A stretch of 34,499 nt of DNA, from positions 1 to 34,499 of the IMG/VR virus record IMGVR_UViG_648276647_000016; one strand, 5' to 3'. Each line of letters starts with the position of its first letter. The first letter of the stretch is position 1. A program made the position numbers and the translations under genes. Below are positions 33,252-34,499 of the stretch, one piece after another. This DNA is from a virus (Duplodnaviria; Heunggongvirae; Uroviricota; Caudoviricetes). The notes below the pieces were generated by a model. It had not been told where the DNA came from. It did no database searches and saw only the letters and a list, made by a program, of their open reading frames with translations.

Positions 33252-34499
33252 TTACCCCGCCATCCATTTCTCAAACTTCGACGGGGAGAACGGAATCAGA
33301 TCCGTATGCTCCCCGTCAATCCAGGAATCAATCATATCGGCCCACTGCTGCAACATCCAGGCGCGCTGTCTGGCGTATTCCGCTTTGTTATATACGGCGC
33401 GCACACCTTTCTGCTCATGTGCCAGAGCCTTTTCAATCCAGTCTGAAGGATAACCAGCCTCATGCAATAACGTACTGGCTGTACGGCGCATATCGTGTAC
33501 GGTGAAGTCCTGAATATGCTCACCATTTTCATTTATTATTTTCACCGTTCTGTCGATCAGAGAGTTCAGCGCGGCATTAGATAATGGCTTCCGGAAGTTG
33601 TAACGACCAGGAACCAGATATTCACTTCCACCAGCGCACATCTGCAGCCCGACCAATATATCCTGTGCCTGTTTAGGCAGGTAAATAACGTGCGCCCGGC
33701 TTCCCTTCATGCGGTCTGAAGGAATTGTCCATGTCCATTTTTTAAAATCTATTTCATCCCACGTTGCGTTGGTGAATTCGCCTTTACGAACCATAGTGAT
33801 AAGCACCAGCTTTAAAGCCATTTTCATAGTGCCCATAGCACCAATGGCATCCAGCGTGCGGAAAAACAGGCCAATTTCTTCTGGTGTCAGTGTTCGCTCT
33901 CTTGGTTTAAATATGGCGATAGACGAAGGTTTAATGTCAGCCGCAGGATTAAACAAACCATGACCACGGTCATTGGCGTGACGGTATACGCTGCTGATGA
34001 TCTCCCTTGCCTGTACTGCTGTTGCCCGACCACCGCGTTCGACAATCCGGTCACACAAATCACGAACCATCGATGTGGTAATTTCAGTCATCATTTTGTT
34101 GCCAAGAACCGGAAGTATGTCACGGTCGATCACCGCCTGCTTCATTGCGCGGGTACTGTCAGCCAGGATGACATGTTTCATATAACTGTCGGTATGTACC
34201 GCAAACGTCTCGGCACCACGAATCTTTTTGATACCGTCACGTTTAGCCGCAGCCGGTGACTGGCCTGCCTTAAGCAGCTTCTTTGCAGCAATCAGTTCTT
34301 CTCGCGCTTCTGCCAGGCTGATACCGTCACGCCCATACTGCCCGATTACCAGTGTTTCGCGGCGACCGTTGATACGGTAGTCATAGCGAAACGAGACCGT
34401 GCCTGACGTAAGCACAGCTACATACAGCCCGTCACGATCGGAGACCTTGTACAGTTTGTCCTGCGGCTTGAGGTTTTTTAATTTTGTATCGGTAAGCAC
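33252..34499 (-). CDS. int: Tyrosine recombinase / phage integrase (P4-like), 5' end at or just beyond the window edge
   Basis: 415 aa; N-terminus LTDTKLKNLKPQDKLYKVSDRDGLYV is typical of P4-type integrases; C-terminal catalytic region (HDMRRTASTLLHEAG...YNKAEY). First codon in window is GTG at the very edge. Confidence 0.8.
   Translation of the reverse strand: MLTDTKLKNLKPQDKLYKVSDRDGLYVAVLTSGTVSFRYDYRINGRRETLVIGQYGRDGISLAEAREELIAAKKLLKAGQSPAAAKRDGIKKIRGAETFAVHTDSYMKHVILADSTRAMKQAVIDRDILPVLGNKMMTEITTSMVRDLCDRIVERGGRATAVQAREIISSVYRHANDRGHGLFNPAADIKPSSIAIFKPRERTLTPEEIGLFFRTLDAIGAMGTMKMALKLVLITMVRKGEFTNATWDEIDFKKWTWTIPSDRMKGSRAHVIYLPKQAQDILVGLQMCAGGSEYLVPGRYNFRKPLSNAALNSLIDRTVKIINENGEHIQDFTVHDMRRTASTLLHEAGYPSDWIEKALAHEQKGVRAVYNKAEYARQRAWMLQQWADMIDSWIDGEHTDLIPFSPSKFEKWMAG

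Overview
The window is almost entirely one temperate enterobacterial-type prophage, read by eye with no database search. Coordinates 1-377 are the end of an IS903-family insertion sequence that truncates a tail-fibre gene. Coordinates 367-2755 hold an immI-like antirepressor island with a perfect LexA box, plus an AT-rich lipoprotein moron. Coordinates 2765-18541 are a minus-strand late operon with podovirus-like (T7-supergroup / epsilon15-like) ejection, tail-tube, capsid, scaffold and portal genes. Coordinates 18831-19870 are a plus-strand insert carrying tRNA-Arg(UCU) and a small protein, sitting between the portal and the terminase genes (19912-21980). A 5'-proximal IS21-family element (22870-24690, IstB truncated) interrupts the early-right region. 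The lambda-like immunity/replication core follows: P, O with ori iterons, a cro-like gene, and a 194-aa repressor with two HTH domains and no peptidase domain. An early-left operon (28457-33245) encodes a PD-(D/E)XK exonuclease, a Redbeta/RecT-type annealing protein, an AlpA-like regulator, a PerC-like regulator, a DGQHR (DndB-like) protein and an MT-A70 methyltransferase. A P4-type tyrosine integrase runs to the window edge. The most interesting signals are a palindromic operator TTACC-N5-GGTAA scattered across the prophage, the LexA-controlled antirepressor paralogue, and the AT-rich DGQHR + methyltransferase pair. No holin, endolysin or Q-like gene was recognised, and with two IS insertions the prophage is probably defective.
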